Shown here in pieces: positions 10,316-18,796 of a DNA stretch of 64,000 bases. Each line of letters starts with the position of its first letter. Position 1 is the stretch's first letter. The stretch lies in the NCBI GenBank assembly GCA_963778115.1, contig CAVZSV010000004.1:864001-928000 (forward strand). Reading direction: 5' to 3'. Below the pieces are notes generated by a model. It was given only the letters and a program-made list of their open reading frames with translations. It did no database searches and was not told the DNA's origin. The stretch is from an uncultured delta proteobacterium (lineage in GTDB: Bacteria; Bdellovibrionota; FAC87; UBA2466). A program made the translations under genes and the position numbers.

Positions 10316-11353
10316 ATGGTGACCTGCAAATCCATTGTCGTGGCACGAACCGACCGATTGGGCGACGTCATGATGGCATTGCCTTCACTAGCGCTTTTGC
10401 GAAAAGCCCTTCCTGCTGTCGAAATTACTCTGCTCTGCCGACCAGAAATTGCAGCCCTTTTGACACCGACACTTTCGAAACTCAATATCACGGCGCAAGG
10501 GGCAAAGCTTTCTCGAACCGACGAGTGGAAGCGTTGGTGGAATGAAAAAGATTGTGACGCGGCACTTCTTCTTTTTCCAGAGAAAGCACTGAGTCTGGGA
10601 GCGTTTCTCGCTCGTGTGCCTTTGCGTGTAGGCCCCTTTTCGAAACTCATATCGCTACTGGTGCTTAATCGAGGGCAGTGGCAAAGGCGCTCCAGGGGCG
10701 AGAGAAACGAGGCCCAGTACAATCTCGACCTCACCAGGCATCTCCTAGAGAGTTTACACGTTGCCATTCCGGAGATACCGCCCGTGTCTATTGCTATCAA
10801 TGAGAGTGAAGCGCAAAAAGCCAAGAAACTTTTGGAGAGTAAGGGGGTCCGGGGACCTTATTACGTCGTGCACCCGGGAATGGGAGGCAGTGCTCTAAAC
10901 CCTTCGGCCTCGCACTACGAAAAAATCATAAAGACCGTTCTTCAAAAAACCGGAAGGCAGGTGGTCGTCACCGTGGGCCCCGCCGCCAAAGACCTATTGA
11001 TGGCGCAGCAGCTGGCTAATTCGGGTGCCGTTTTTATCCAAAACATTTCGCTTGGCACCCTACTTGAAGTGTTTCGCGCTTCCCAAGGAGTCATTGCACC
11101 TAGCACTGGCCCCGTTCACTTGGCGCATTATAGCGGTGTGAAAACTATTGGTCTGTTCTCCCCTGTCCCCAGCCACCACCCCAATAGGTGGGCTCCGTGG
11201 GGAGGCAGTGGCGATTGTAGAATTCTCTTTCCTGACCCCGAATGCCCCGCCCGAAAAGACTGCTTGGGAAGTCGTTGTGATAAATTCGACTGTATGGAGC
11301 AATTCCCTTGGGCGCAGAGGGTTGAAGCCGCGTTAACGGATCGGACTACCTAA
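10316..11353 (+). CDS. Glycosyltransferase family 9 (heptosyltransferase-like)
   Basis: RTDRLGDV, HPG, STGPVHLA and RWAPWG motifs. Confidence 0.88.
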   Translation: MVTCKSIVVARTDRLGDVMMALPSLALLRKALPAVEITLLCRPEIAALLTPTLSKLNITAQGAKLSRTDEWKRWWNEKDCDAALLLFPEKALSLGAFLARVPLRVGPFSKLISLLVLNRGQWQRRSRGERNEAQYNLDLTRHLLESLHVAIPEIPPVSIAINESEAQKAKKLLESKGVRGPYYVVHPGMGGSALNPSASHYEKIIKTVLQKTGRQVVVTVGPAAKDLLMAQQLANSGAVFIQNISLGTLLEVFRASQGVIAPSTGPVHLAHYSGVKTIGLFSPVPSHHPNRWAPWGGSGDCRILFPDPECPARKDCLGSRCDKFDCMEQFPWAQRVEAALTDRTT

Positions 11354-11402
11354 CGGGGTGTAGTTTGATTTTATCAACAAAGAGTGGTTAAAAAGAGCCG
11401 GG

Positions 11403-12419
11403 ATGAATACGGAATTCTTAAAGAAAATCGAAGGAGCGCACCTTCTGGTGGCGGGTGAAGTAGGAATCGACGAGTACCTCTGGGGAGACACCCACCGGAT
11501 TAGTCCAGAGGCCCCGGTTCCGGTAGTCGAAGTCGACAAGCGAGACTATAAGCTGGGACTGGGCGCTAACGTGGCCCAAAATATTGTTGCTTTGGGCGGC
11601 AAAGTTTCTTTAGTCAGTGTTCGCGGAGACGACGCGGATGGAAAACAGTTAGAAGGAATGTTAGCCGCGGCCGGAGTCGAAAGGCTATCTCTCATTACGG
11701 ATACCTCTCGACCCACTCTTAGGAAAGTAAGAGTCATCGCTCAGCGCCAGCATGTCGTTCGTATCGATTACGAAAAGTCCCATCCTTTGGATGCCAAAAA
11801 TGCCAAGCGCTATACGGAGATGATTTGCGACCTACTGCCCCAGTGCGATGGCATCATCGTTCAAGACTACGGCAAAGGGTTGTGGAATCCCGATACCATG
11901 GCTTTCACAAAACAGGCTAAGGCCCACAAACGCCCCATCTTTGTCGATCCCAGTCGAGTCGCGCAGGTCACTCTCTATAGAGGGACAACCTTACTCACTC
12001 CCAATACGGTGGAGGCCGAAGTTCTCTCGGGCTATCCCATAGCCTCGCGCAGCCAGGCCGGACGCGACGACGAGCGATTGAAAAAGATGGGGGCAAAGAT
12101 TTTACAGCAGACGCAAGCCGAACATGTCGTCATCACCTGTGGAGAGGCGGGCATGGTTTCGATGAGCCGAGGAGTCGAAGGGCTCAGCCGGATTCCTACT
12201 TTCGCCCGAGATGTTTTTGACGTGACGGGAGCCGGAGATACGGTGGTGTCGGTACTTGCCTTAATGATGGTCTTAGGGCACCCTCTTAGCCGATGTATGC
12301 AGGTGGCCAATGCCGCCGCCGGAATTGTGGTCGGCCGGATTGGAGCTGCAACCGTCACTCCGGCCGAACTTGCTGACGAGCTCAATAGGCTCGAAAGCGC
12401 CGGCCTCATTCAAAATTAG
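11403..12419 (+). CDS. D-glycero-D-manno-heptose-7-phosphate kinase (stand-alone HldE/RfaE domain I)
   Basis: RISPEAPVPVV, DYGKG, LTPN and DVTGAGDTV motifs; no adenylyltransferase domain. Confidence 0.9.
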   Translation: MNTEFLKKIEGAHLLVAGEVGIDEYLWGDTHRISPEAPVPVVEVDKRDYKLGLGANVAQNIVALGGKVSLVSVRGDDADGKQLEGMLAAAGVERLSLITDTSRPTLRKVRVIAQRQHVVRIDYEKSHPLDAKNAKRYTEMICDLLPQCDGIIVQDYGKGLWNPDTMAFTKQAKAHKRPIFVDPSRVAQVTLYRGTTLLTPNTVEAEVLSGYPIASRSQAGRDDERLKKMGAKILQQTQAEHVVITCGEAGMVSMSRGVEGLSRIPTFARDVFDVTGAGDTVVSVLALMMVLGHPLSRCMQVANAAAGIVVGRIGAATVTPAELADELNRLESAGLIQN

Positions 12420-12429
12420 TTTTTCGTAG

Positions 12430-12500
12430 TGGGGGATCGTCTAATGGTAGGACAGTAGGCTCTGACCCTACGAATCTAGGTTCGAGTCCTAGTCCCCCAG
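12430..12500 (+). tRNA. tRNA-Gln (anticodon CTG); CCA not encoded
   Basis: TGGGGGA/TCCCCCA acceptor stem, GTAGG-CTCTGAC-CCTAC anticodon arm, CTAGG-TTCGAGT-CCTAG T arm. Confidence 0.96.
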
Positions 12501-12629
12501 TTTCATTTCGCGCCGGCGAAATGACCTTAATTATTAATCTTAAGATTAATCTCAATCTAAACCCGGCGTAGCCGGTCGATCAATTCCTAATCCGAACAAA
12601 GAACAAAGAACGAACAACCAACCCACTAC

Positions 12630-13250
12630 CTACTCTATACTATTATCTTCATCCTTATACTCTTTCGGCGAAAACGCAGATCCGTACCGAGAGAGGACAA
12701 GTCCTCGTCCGTTCGATATCCCCGGACTGTGAATATCCTCAGTGAAGAGAAAGCTTAAAACAGGGGTCTTTGTCTCCTTGCCGGCATTATCAGTTGCCAC
12801 AAGTACCGCCCCCCGGGCTTCACCTACACCTTCGATAATAAGTTTATTATCTTGGATTTTCGACTTCGTATGGCCTGTGCGGGCGATTTCGCGGTGGGCC
12901 GCATTAGGCCCCAATTGTTTCCATTCGCTATATTCGTAGTCCACGGTTCCGTCCTTATATAGTGCGATACGCACGTCAGCCCATTTCCCTTTTCCGAGAT
13001 CGATCTTCGATTGGTAACGATAGAGACCGGCCCCAACGATCTGGTGTTCATCCTGGCCACTAAGTTTGGATTTAGTCACTGCGTACTGAAACTGCGCAAA
13101 GAAATCTTCCGGAGATTTTCCGTCAATCTGAGAAACGCTTCTTCCATTAATCGTCGTCGTTGATTCAACCGAATGTAACGCTATGGAATCCGCCATCGCC
13201 TGGAGAGGCAAAAGGGAAACCGCTAAAAGGCCCAATAAAAATAAACGCAT
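12630..13250 (-). CDS. Hypothetical secreted protein
   Basis: Signal peptide MRLFLLGLLAVSLLPLQAMA; GGGAG RBS upstream. Confidence 0.7.
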   Translation of the reverse strand: MRLFLLGLLAVSLLPLQAMADSIALHSVESTTTINGRSVSQIDGKSPEDFFAQFQYAVTKSKLSGQDEHQIVGAGLYRYQSKIDLGKGKWADVRIALYKDGTVDYEYSEWKQLGPNAAHREIARTGHTKSKIQDNKLIIEGVGEARGAVLVATDNAGKETKTPVLSFLFTEDIHSPGISNGRGLVLSRYGSAFSPKEYKDEDNSIE

Positions 13251-13293
13251 CGCTTTGTTCTCCCATGGGATGTCATTTCCCCTGCCAAGGCAA

Positions 13294-13309
13294 TGCAAAG
13301 GATGTTCCA
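13294..13309 (-). promoter_or_regulatory. Sigma54-like promoter
   Basis: TGGAACATCCTTTGCA (GG-N10-GC) about 45 nt upstream of the 13250 start. Confidence 0.55.
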
Positions 13310-13421
13310 GGGAGAACACAGCAGCGCAACTAAGTTTTTCAGGTTACTTTGTTGTGCAGTTGGGGCTCGCTTTGACGTTATCTTAGAGAATACTCGCTCC
13401 TGCTCCTCGGTAAATGGGAAA

Positions 13422-13523
13422 GGTCGGTCTCCTACGTCCGCGTTGTAGCGGGCGATTTGGGCTCTCTCCTCTGTACGAGGGGGCCAGCTTCCGATAGTCG
13501 CTATCAGAAGGAGGAGACCAACC
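13422..13523 (+). ncRNA. Structured IS110 leader, candidate bridge-RNA segment
   Basis: GGTCGGTCTCCT (13422-33) pairs with AGGAGACCAACC (13512-23); nested stems TAGCGG/TCGCTA and GGCTCTCTC/GAGGGGGCC. Confidence 0.5.
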
Positions 13524-13901
13524 ATGTATGACCATTACATCGCTTTAGACTGGGCGCAAAGCATTAGGGCAATTGCTAGAATGACCAAATAATCCAATGA
13601 CGTGTCGATCACCGAGGTCCCATCGAGTATCGGCGAGCTTAAAGGCTATCTTCGGAGGCTTCGAGGACGGCGAGCGTTGACGTTCGAGGAGACTACGACA
13701 TCGCAGTGGCTGTACACAGAGCTTCGTAATTGCGTCGATGAGATTTTAGTCTGCGATCCCTATCGTAATAAACTTCTTAACGAAGGCGCCAAAACCGATC
13801 GCATCGATGCTCGAAAGATACGACGAGAGTGTCAACCACCTCGGTTAGCCCCCGCTCGTTTAAACCTCGAATTTATTCTGGTCCGGGGATTAACTCCCTA
13901 G
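13524..13901 (+). pseudogene. IS110-family transposase N-terminal fragment
   Basis: MYDHYIALDW...TK*(TAA 13590)...TFEETTTSQWLY...VCDP...KTDRIDARKI; in-frame stop and C-terminal truncation. Confidence 0.85.
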
Positions 13902-14097
13902 AGAGCCCATATAGTCGCATCTAAATCTGCCAATAAAGAAAAGACCGCTAAGGATCAAAGCGCATCGACAATGACCGTGTTTGAAACAATGCAGACCTGG
14001 AAATCAAGGGTGCAAACCCTCAAGGGACTCGTCTACCACTTGACTCCCTTTCCCATAGTCGCAATGACACTAACGCACGATCATTTCCAGAGCTGCC

Positions 14098-14952
14098 TCA
14101 AGGCCTAGCAAACACCGTCGCATCAAGCTCCCTCATAAAACCATCCGCCTTAACCTTCGCCTCCTGCTCAAACCCATTCTGGCGCAAAAAATTTAGCGCC
14201 CCCACTACGTCAGAATATTTCTCCGCCGTTTCGTCCACAATCGTATCGTAGTTCACTACAATTCCAAGGACCTCGGATCTTACGGCGTCTCTTTCTTTTC
14301 CATAGAGCCTTATGGCCTTTTTCAAAGACTCAAGGCTTTCTGGAGATCGTATTAGTACCAAATAGTGAGCAGCGAGTTCTCGCTCGCGCGGCAAGAGGCT
14401 TGGGTTATTTTTTGCGACCTCATCGCGAGCGCTGTCTAGTTCCTCCGTAGAGAGACCATGTTTTTTCTGAAAATGGGCAAACATAATCTTTTCAGCAGCC
14501 CGTCTCTCGTTTCTTTCAGCTATGGTCCGCGTACTAAGGGGCGGCAATTCGGAATGGAAGATCCTTGAAGTTTTCGAACCATCGGGAAGATACTTTTTCT
14601 CGGTGACGGTATATCCCCCTTGGGAATCGGGAGCATAGAATTGCCGCACTCTTGTCTTACTACCATCAACATCCGTATCGACAGCCGTTACTTCATAGTT
14701 ATTCCCGTGACGTTCCACGGTCGTAGTACCCAAAGGAAATGCTTCGGGTTTGTTTGCCGCGATCTGCGCTTCTCGTGCTGCTATATAAGCTTTGGAGCAG
14801 TCCCCTACGGATGCCAAAGCCGTAAGAGGCAACGCCATCGCGCCAATAAGACCAAAGCGAGAAATCCACTCCCAGCTTCTTGCTATTTTCTGTCTTTTTC
14901 TAATGGCGCGTCTCTGACGTAGGGTGACTTGCGTTTGTATCGTCTCAACCAT
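14098..14952 (-). CDS. Hypothetical exported protein
   Basis: 284-aa ORF with signal-like segment ending PLTALA. Confidence 0.65.
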   Translation of the reverse strand: MVETIQTQVTLRQRRAIRKRQKIARSWEWISRFGLIGAMALPLTALASVGDCSKAYIAAREAQIAANKPEAFPLGTTTVERHGNNYEVTAVDTDVDGSKTRVRQFYAPDSQGGYTVTEKKYLPDGSKTSRIFHSELPPLSTRTIAERNERRAAEKIMFAHFQKKHGLSTEELDSARDEVAKNNPSLLPRERELAAHYLVLIRSPESLESLKKAIRLYGKERDAVRSEVLGIVVNYDTIVDETAEKYSDVVGALNFLRQNGFEQEAKVKADGFMRELDATVFARP

Positions 14953-14979
14953 AATACGGGAGAGTCAGGGAGGAAAAAA

Positions 14980-15576
14980 GTGAAAACTCATCGCGTTGCT
15001 TTGTTCGCATTTGGACTTCTAGTCTTTCCTTGGGTCGCCTTTGCAGAAACGCCGCCCACTGCTTGTGCGCAAGACAACGCCAAAGCGGCGCATGGACTCC
15101 TAGCGACACTAACCTTCCAGTTGGAAAGTGAAAGTAGTTCCACGGTCATGACGAAAGACATTCCTATCTCCATTAAGCCGGGAATTGCCCCCTGTGATGG
15201 ATCTTCTTCTTACGAATCAACGGGGAATTCCATATTGACCAACGGGTCCACGACCCTGACGCTAGCCGCCACTGACCAATTCTATCTCGACGTTAGTTTT
15301 GATCAAAACCAGGTATCAGGTGTCTTTGAAGTGACAGTCCCGACTTCCTTCGTCACAGCCCTTCTTCAGCCCTTTGGAAATTTGACTTTCACCTGGCTCG
15401 ATCCCGATGTGGATAGCGCCCTTCTTATCGACTACGCACCAGGGGCATGGCTTAGCCAGACCGATCTCTTTCCGCTGCAAAACATTGGTGACGGCAGAGT
15501 GATGGGAATTGCGACTGGAACCGACGGAAGTCGTTACACGGTTCAACTCACTCAATTTTCGGTAATTTATAATTAG
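14980..15576 (+). CDS. Hypothetical secreted protein
   Basis: GGGAGG RBS, GTG start, signal peptide ending VAFA. Confidence 0.7.
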   Translation: MKTHRVALFAFGLLVFPWVAFAETPPTACAQDNAKAAHGLLATLTFQLESESSSTVMTKDIPISIKPGIAPCDGSSSYESTGNSILTNGSTTLTLAATDQFYLDVSFDQNQVSGVFEVTVPTSFVTALLQPFGNLTFTWLDPDVDSALLIDYAPGAWLSQTDLFPLQNIGDGRVMGIATGTDGSRYTVQLTQFSVIYN

Positions 15577-15583
15577 GAGCCTT

Positions 15584-15919
15584 ATGTCAGCCAAACTTCT
15601 GATGTCCCTCGGCACCGCTTTGATGACCCTTTTTATCTCTTCGTCTTCGTTTGCGGCTACAGGCCTGATTCCCATCCCTCAAGGAGCCAAGTTCTGTCAT
15701 CTCTCTAGTTATAATAGTGATCTTAATCTCAGTTGCGGAGAGCAGAAGTCTTTGGATGTAGCAATTCTGGATGCTCAGGAATCAACTGCAGTAACCGCAA
15801 TCCAGTTAGAGTTGGAAACTTTCGTCGCTCAGGGTTTCCACATTGTGAGCTGTTCCCATACGCCCGGATCCAAAGAAGCGTATGAACGTTGGGACTGCTT
15901 CGTCACCAATCTACAATAA
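15584..15919 (+). CDS. Small secreted protein with four Cys
   Basis: AGGAG RBS; signal peptide ending SSFA. Confidence 0.7.
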   Translation: MSAKLLMSLGTALMTLFISSSSFAATGLIPIPQGAKFCHLSSYNSDLNLSCGEQKSLDVAILDAQESTAVTAIQLELETFVAQGFHIVSCSHTPGSKEAYERWDCFVTNLQ

Positions 15920-16945
15920 TCAAAGGGCTTCCGGATCTATTTTAGGTTCTTGCGGAGGTGCCACCTCTTGCGGAGTGGCTTCACATGCCAGGTTCTCGGC
16001 CACCGTCTGTAAGCGTTGATCGGCGCGATCTCCTTTGATCACTCTCAAACGCCCCAAAAGGCGGAGCGGTTTGCAGTCATAAAGGTAGTAAAGGTCTTTA
16101 TCTTCTCCCGCCACGGGCTCCCACGCCTGACCTCGGTAGTAAGGAACTCCTTTGCCAGTTTTTCCATCAACAGCCTCGTCATGAAGAAAAATGTGTTTTG
16201 TCCGATCGAAATCAACCTCATCTCGTCCTTCAAAGAAATGAGCATCAACGGCCGAGAGTAAAAACCATGGAGCGCCTCGCTCGCCCGAAGCAGAAATTCG
16301 GTAACGGACCCCCGTTTTCTCGGTCACGACCAATCCGGAAGATAATTCCAGTTGCACTTTCATCTTCATGTTATTTTTACCCAACTCCCAGTCCACTACT
16401 TTAGTCTGAACAGCCACAATACCTCTTGCAAGATTTGGTAAGGGAACACCGCCAGTGAAAGTTTGAATGATTGGCGAAATAAGGCCGAATCCGTTTCCCG
16501 ATTGAAACGCCTGAACGGTTACCTCCAAAAGTTTCTTTGTCGTGGTCATCAGATAGTACTTAGCGGTCTTAACGCCGGCAGACTCCGCCGTCCAGCCAAG
16601 ACCCGCAAAGCCGTTTAGCGTAACATCTTTTAGATCCGCCGGAGGCGTTCCCAGACGAGTAGCGGCTAAATGAAGATCTCCTACGGAAGTGACGTCCACT
16701 GAGGTATCGACTTTAAAAGTGGTCGAAGAGACCTCTGTCGTTTTCATGGCCATGGGCGAGTTATCAATACGCGCGATAGTCTTATCCGCATTCTCGGAAA
16801 GACTAAGACCCTTTTGGTATTGGACCGAGTATCCATTTGGGTTTTCATAAGAGACCATTCCATTGCCGATGTGAACCCCACATCGCGAAAGACAGAGAGA
16901 AAGCCCCACGAGCAAAACAAAATTAGCTATTAATGACTTCATCAC
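15920..16945 (-). CDS. Putative lipoprotein with possible PsbP-like N-terminal domain
   Basis: Signal peptide followed by CGVHIGNG; YENPNGYSVQY...LNGFAG...IIQTF pattern; overlaps end of the TIGR02147 gene. Confidence 0.6.
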   Translation of the reverse strand: MMKSLIANFVLLVGLSLCLSRCGVHIGNGMVSYENPNGYSVQYQKGLSLSENADKTIARIDNSPMAMKTTEVSSTTFKVDTSVDVTSVGDLHLAATRLGTPPADLKDVTLNGFAGLGWTAESAGVKTAKYYLMTTTKKLLEVTVQAFQSGNGFGLISPIIQTFTGGVPLPNLARGIVAVQTKVVDWELGKNNMKMKVQLELSSGLVVTEKTGVRYRISASGERGAPWFLLSAVDAHFFEGRDEVDFDRTKHIFLHDEAVDGKTGKGVPYYRGQAWEPVAGEDKDLYYLYDCKPLRLLGRLRVIKGDRADQRLQTVAENLACEATPQEVAPPQEPKIDPEAL

Positions 16946-17795
16946 TCTCTCCTTTTTCTCCTATGACTTTCACCGTCAGAGGGAAAAACTGAACATTTAA
17001 TTGGTAAACCTCTTCGGCCTCGGCTTGAGACCTATCTAGAAACTGATCCAACTCTTCTCTAAAAAGGCGAATTCTGGCTTTCACCTCTTCTAATTTCGAA
17101 AGGGGCATGGCGACGGTGAGGCTTGTAATTTCTCTACGCTCCTGGGGAATCTCTAATGCTAGTGTCGCCATTTGGATCATACGCCGGTGAAATTGACGAA
17201 CGGATAAATGGCGCATCTCTTCTGGTGTCCTAAGTACCGAGCCCACGACTTGTCTTAATGTTTCGCCCTGTTTTTCGATTAGCCCAAGGGCCTGCATGGT
17301 TTCGATAGCTTCTCGCACTTGGCTTGGAGTGACATAACGACCCAGACGTTTAGAGATAAGCGCGTAATCCAATCGAAAGTCAGCAAGCCCCACCATGACA
17401 AAGATGGCGCAGTAATACCATCGAGAGAGAAACTCATACTGTTTCACCTCGAGAAGCTTTGCTTGCGCTAGATGCTTAATGTAAAAAAGCTCTTCGTTCA
17501 AAGTGTGCTGCCCTTCATGCGAACGGGTTCGAGATAAAGCGCAGAGTGCCGAAAGATATCTTTTTCGCTGCCCCGTCAGTCTTAGCTGGTTGATAAGCTT
17601 CTCTTCGACTTCAGGACTGATACCTCTTTTTCCTCGGAGAATTAGACTTAAGGTTGCGGGACTTTTGATCCCCGACCAGCGAGCGAACGCTCTAAGCGAC
17701 GCACGCGAGCCGTTGTCTAACACCGCCCGCAAATAGTCGTGCGGGGTGGAAAAATCGAAAATCTCTATCGCTCCTTTGGTCTCAACTTTTGGCAT
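16923..17795 (-). CDS. TIGR02147/DUF4423-family protein with N-terminal HTH-like region
   Basis: SLRAFARWSGIKSPATLSLILRGKR, WYYCAI, FHRRMI and VYQLNVQFFPLT motifs. Confidence 0.85.
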   Translation of the reverse strand: MPKVETKGAIEIFDFSTPHDYLRAVLDNGSRASLRAFARWSGIKSPATLSLILRGKRGISPEVEEKLINQLRLTGQRKRYLSALCALSRTRSHEGQHTLNEELFYIKHLAQAKLLEVKQYEFLSRWYYCAIFVMVGLADFRLDYALISKRLGRYVTPSQVREAIETMQALGLIEKQGETLRQVVGSVLRTPEEMRHLSVRQFHRRMIQMATLALEIPQERREITSLTVAMPLSKLEEVKARIRLFREELDQFLDRSQAEAEEVYQLNVQFFPLTVKVIGEKGESDEVINS

Positions 17796-17796
17796 A

Positions 17797-17823
17797 GGGC
17801 GGGTTTTGTAACAAAACCCGCCC
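17797..17823. promoter_or_regulatory. Perfect 13-bp inverted repeat abutting the TIGR02147 start; candidate operator
   Basis: GGGCGGGTTTTGT-A-ACAAAACCCGCCC. Confidence 0.55.
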
Positions 17824-17898
17824 CCTGAGATCAACACGTTTCTTCACTATTTTGTTTCCTGAACTAAACAAAGATTGAGTAGGTTACTTGCTAACCAT

Positions 17899-18606
17899 TT
17901 ATTTTGGTTCAGGATCTTCCGACACGTTGGATCCAGGTGCCACCTTGATATGAATAATCGCCGCCACATTACCTGCTTTTAAGGCCTCGACCACGGCTTT
18001 GCCCTTAAGCTTGCCCGTGGGCGGTAGGTACAGACGTTTCGTAGACGGTGAGGTGGTAAGCATGTCACCCAATCCATAAAAGCCGTCATGGACGAACAGA
18101 GTCGTAAGGCCCTTCGATTTGAAGAGATCGATAACGGAATTGGGCTCGTTAGCCAAAGCTTCTAAGGTTTCCGCCTGCTCAGCCGAAAAGCGGGGATAGG
18201 TTTCGGCCATCCTGAAATCCAAATCGAATCCCGCCTGCTTCAAGTTCACTTTGAGCCGTGAAGACGCCGCAATGCTTCGACCTAGATTTTGTAATTGAAC
18301 GGGAACCGAAGCGTCGCTTGGCTTTACCTTGGTCCCTTCGAAGCGTCCCGAGGAGAATTGGTTTCCCTCGAACGAATACTGTAACTGAGCCACATCCGCG
18401 TATTTTTGCCGATGGTATTTCTCTGTCGCCGATCCGCCATCGAGACCGTACAAGCCCCGATTCGGGGTAATCGCGAAATAGTCTCCGGCATAGGCCTTAG
18501 TCGCCTCATTAGAAGACCTATAAAGACCTTCCATTTCATGAGCCGCGGGTTTCGCACAGCAAGAGAGTAACAACACCGCTAGCAACGTACTAACCAACTT
18601 AATCAC
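17899..18606 (-). CDS. Hypothetical lipoprotein
   Basis: GGAGG RBS; signal peptide with LLLSCC lipobox-like end. Confidence 0.7.
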   Translation of the reverse strand: MIKLVSTLLAVLLLSCCAKPAAHEMEGLYRSSNEATKAYAGDYFAITPNRGLYGLDGGSATEKYHRQKYADVAQLQYSFEGNQFSSGRFEGTKVKPSDASVPVQLQNLGRSIAASSRLKVNLKQAGFDLDFRMAETYPRFSAEQAETLEALANEPNSVIDLFKSKGLTTLFVHDGFYGLGDMLTTSPSTKRLYLPPTGKLKGKAVVEALKAGNVAAIIHIKVAPGSNVSEDPEPK

Positions 18607-18713
18607 AGATACCTCCAGTTAATTGCGTTATGCGGTGCTTTATAACGACAACGGGAGGGGGACTCTAGAAGAGTCGGACGAAAACGCCAGATACTGTTTA
18701 CCCGAGTAAACAC

Positions 18714-18771
18714 ACAAAAAGGTACGGCCTACCTTTCTGTGGCCACAGAAAGGTAGGCCGTACCTTTTTGT
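18714..18771. repeat. 58-bp perfect palindrome made of two inverted REP-like units; possible terminator
   Basis: ACAAAAAGGTACGGCCTACCTTTCTGTGG|CCACAGAAAGGTAGGCCGTACCTTTTTGT; related copy at 59479. Confidence 0.85.
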
Positions 18772-18796
18772 TCCTTTTTGTTGAAGCAAAAACAGT

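Larger units (their letters stand above)
13385..14062 (+). mobile_element. Degenerate/internally deleted IS110-family element (ends approximate)
   Basis: Structured 5' noncoding region, truncated DEDD transposase, and a possible right end CTTGACT...CATAG at 14039-14058. Confidence 0.6.
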
